From assembly GCF_046052825.1 (NCBI RefSeq), contig NZ_JAVLFP010000060.1:87355-151354 (forward strand): a DNA stretch of 64,000 bases, read 5' to 3'. This document shows, piece after piece, positions 63,070 to 64,000 of this stretch. Each line of letters starts with the position of its first letter. Position 1 is the first letter of the stretch. Position numbers and translations under genes: made by a program. The notes below the pieces were generated by a model. That model made no database searches, was not told where the DNA came from, and saw nothing but the letters and a program-made list of their open reading frames with translations. This stretch comes from Limnohabitans sp. (GTDB taxonomy: Bacteria > Pseudomonadota > Gammaproteobacteria > Burkholderiales > Burkholderiaceae_C).

Positions 63070-64000
63070 TCAACGTGGCTCGTGCAGCCATTGCTGAACC
63101 AAACGGCCGGCCAAGACTTGTCCGGTCTCTTCGCCTTCGGCCAAGGCCTGTCCGTGGTGGTTGCCGCGCACGCGTTCGCGCCGCTTGTGGGAGGTGCCGA
63201 TGGACGCGTAAATGGCCGCCATGTCCGACGGAAATGCGGCTTGGTCCCCGGTGTACTCAATCACCAGCGAGGGCACTTGAATCTCCGGGCCGCATTTCTC
63301 GAAACTCGCGTTCGAGCTGATGCCCGACCAGGTGGACAACCACGACTCGGCGGTGACCATGCGGGCAAAACCCACGCTGCCCCAGTTGGAGGCAAAGGGG
63401 TCACGGCCCCACAGGCCACCCACCACGCGGTCAGAGGGGTCGAGCGACAAGTCCCAGCAGCGCAAGTCGGCATCGGTGCGCCAAATGGCGGTGATGGGCG
63501 TGTGCGCGGCCCGTCGCTGGGTGTGCACCGAGGTGTCACCTTCTTTCATTTGTTTGCGCGCCTGCGCGCGCGTGGCCAAGATGGCGCGCGCATGGGCGTC
63601 TAAGCGCTCGATGCGGGCGTGCTGCGCGGCACGGTAGCGGCTCACAAACTCAGGGCTGTAGTGGGACGAGGCGGGCGGCGTGACAAACCCGTTGTGGGCG
63701 TCGAACGGGTCAAGCGCTGCATCCACCGACAAGGGGTCGTGCTCGTCGCTGACCGACGGGTCGATGCCGTTCATCAGCAACTTGCCTTGACCGGGGTGGG
63801 GCGAGACAAAAATCAAGTCATCCGGCGCTGGCATGTGGGCACCCGCCAGATCGACCGGGCGCCCGCCGGGCGTGCGTGCAATGCGTTGCTCGGGCGCACG
63901 CAAGGCCTGCTGGGTGTAGAAGGCATACAAGCCCGCACCGCCCGAGTTGCCCAACAACACGATGCGCTCAAACCCCAGGCTGCGCAAATGCGCCATGCTG
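63070..64000 (-). CDS. alpha/beta hydrolase (partial; N-terminus beyond window end)
   Basis: Nucleophile elbow LLGNSGGAG lies only ~15 aa from the first in-window residue, so the true start must be upstream of position 64000. Confidence 0.6.
   Translation of the reverse strand, partial: SMAHLRSLGFERIVLLGNSGGAGLYAFYTQQALRAPEQRIARTPGGRPVDLAGAHMPAPDDLIFVSPHPGQGKLLMNGIDPSVSDEHDPLSVDAALDPFDAHNGFVTPPASSHYSPEFVSRYRAAQHARIERLDAHARAILATRAQARKQMKEGDTSVHTQRRAAHTPITAIWRTDADLRCWDLSLDPSDRVVGGLWGRDPFASNWGSVGFARMVTAESWLSTWSGISSNASFEKCGPEIQVPSLVIEYTGDQAAFPSDMAAIYASIGTSHKRRERVRGNHHGQALAEGEETGQVLAGRLVQQWLHEPR

Noticed and set aside
26988-64000. An integrative genomic island inserted at tRNA-Pro.
   Set aside because: I could find no integrase, excisionase, transposase or conjugation genes, and no direct repeat of the tRNA 3' end. 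Only the composition and gene-content shift remain, and that is reported separately.
1-64000. CRISPR arrays, rRNA genes, insertion sequences, prophage or defence-system genes (restriction-modification, toxin-antitoxin, retron, CBASS-like).
   Set aside because: I saw no regularly spaced direct repeats and no cas, transposase, integrase, reverse transcriptase, methyltransferase or nuclease gene families. The PIN domain present is part of the conserved PhoH-like housekeeping protein next to dnaB.

Overview
This is a 64-kb chromosomal segment from a moderately high-GC betaproteobacterium. A Burkholderiales/Comamonadaceae-like origin is only an inference, from gene order and the abundance of Bug/TctC-family binding proteins. 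Positions 1-27 kb hold core housekeeping genes: dnaB, a PhoH/PIN ATPase, bcp, a translationally coupled alaA-hom-thrC-mobB-moeA-moaD-moaE run, clpB, an MFS transporter and a ThDP enzyme, a SWIB-domain protein with a histone-H1-like Lys/Ala/Pro repeat tail, aceA, and the classical thrS-infC-rpmI-rplT-pheS-pheT-ihfA block, followed by a MerR regulator and tRNA-Pro(GGG). Positions 27-64 kb look GC-richer by eye and form a dense accessory catabolic region. It holds seven orphan Bug/TctC binding proteins, a form-II-type CoxLSM molybdenum hydroxylase with coxD/E/G, two ACMSD-family amidohydrolases, two VOC proteins, three group-A flavin monooxygenases, four alpha/beta hydrolases, a Nu-class GST and a LivJ-type binding protein followed directly by an MFS permease. 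It also holds an orphan PilT-like ATPase and a low-GC secreted protein. I saw no rRNA, CRISPR array, transposase, integrase or phage gene, and no transcription factor anywhere in the right-hand 37 kb. The best candidate for an undescribed system is the minus-strand operon at 57.8-62.0 kb. It encodes an aryl-CoA ligase, a VOC protein, an 85-aa MmoB/DmpM-like effector protein, a stand-alone flavin monooxygenase and a hotdog thioesterase. That pattern suggests CoA-dependent aerobic hydroxylation of an aromatic acid, with two tightly coupled components that the known salicylyl-CoA and aminobenzoyl-CoA routes do not explain. All family assignments come from motif recognition by eye and need profile searches to confirm.
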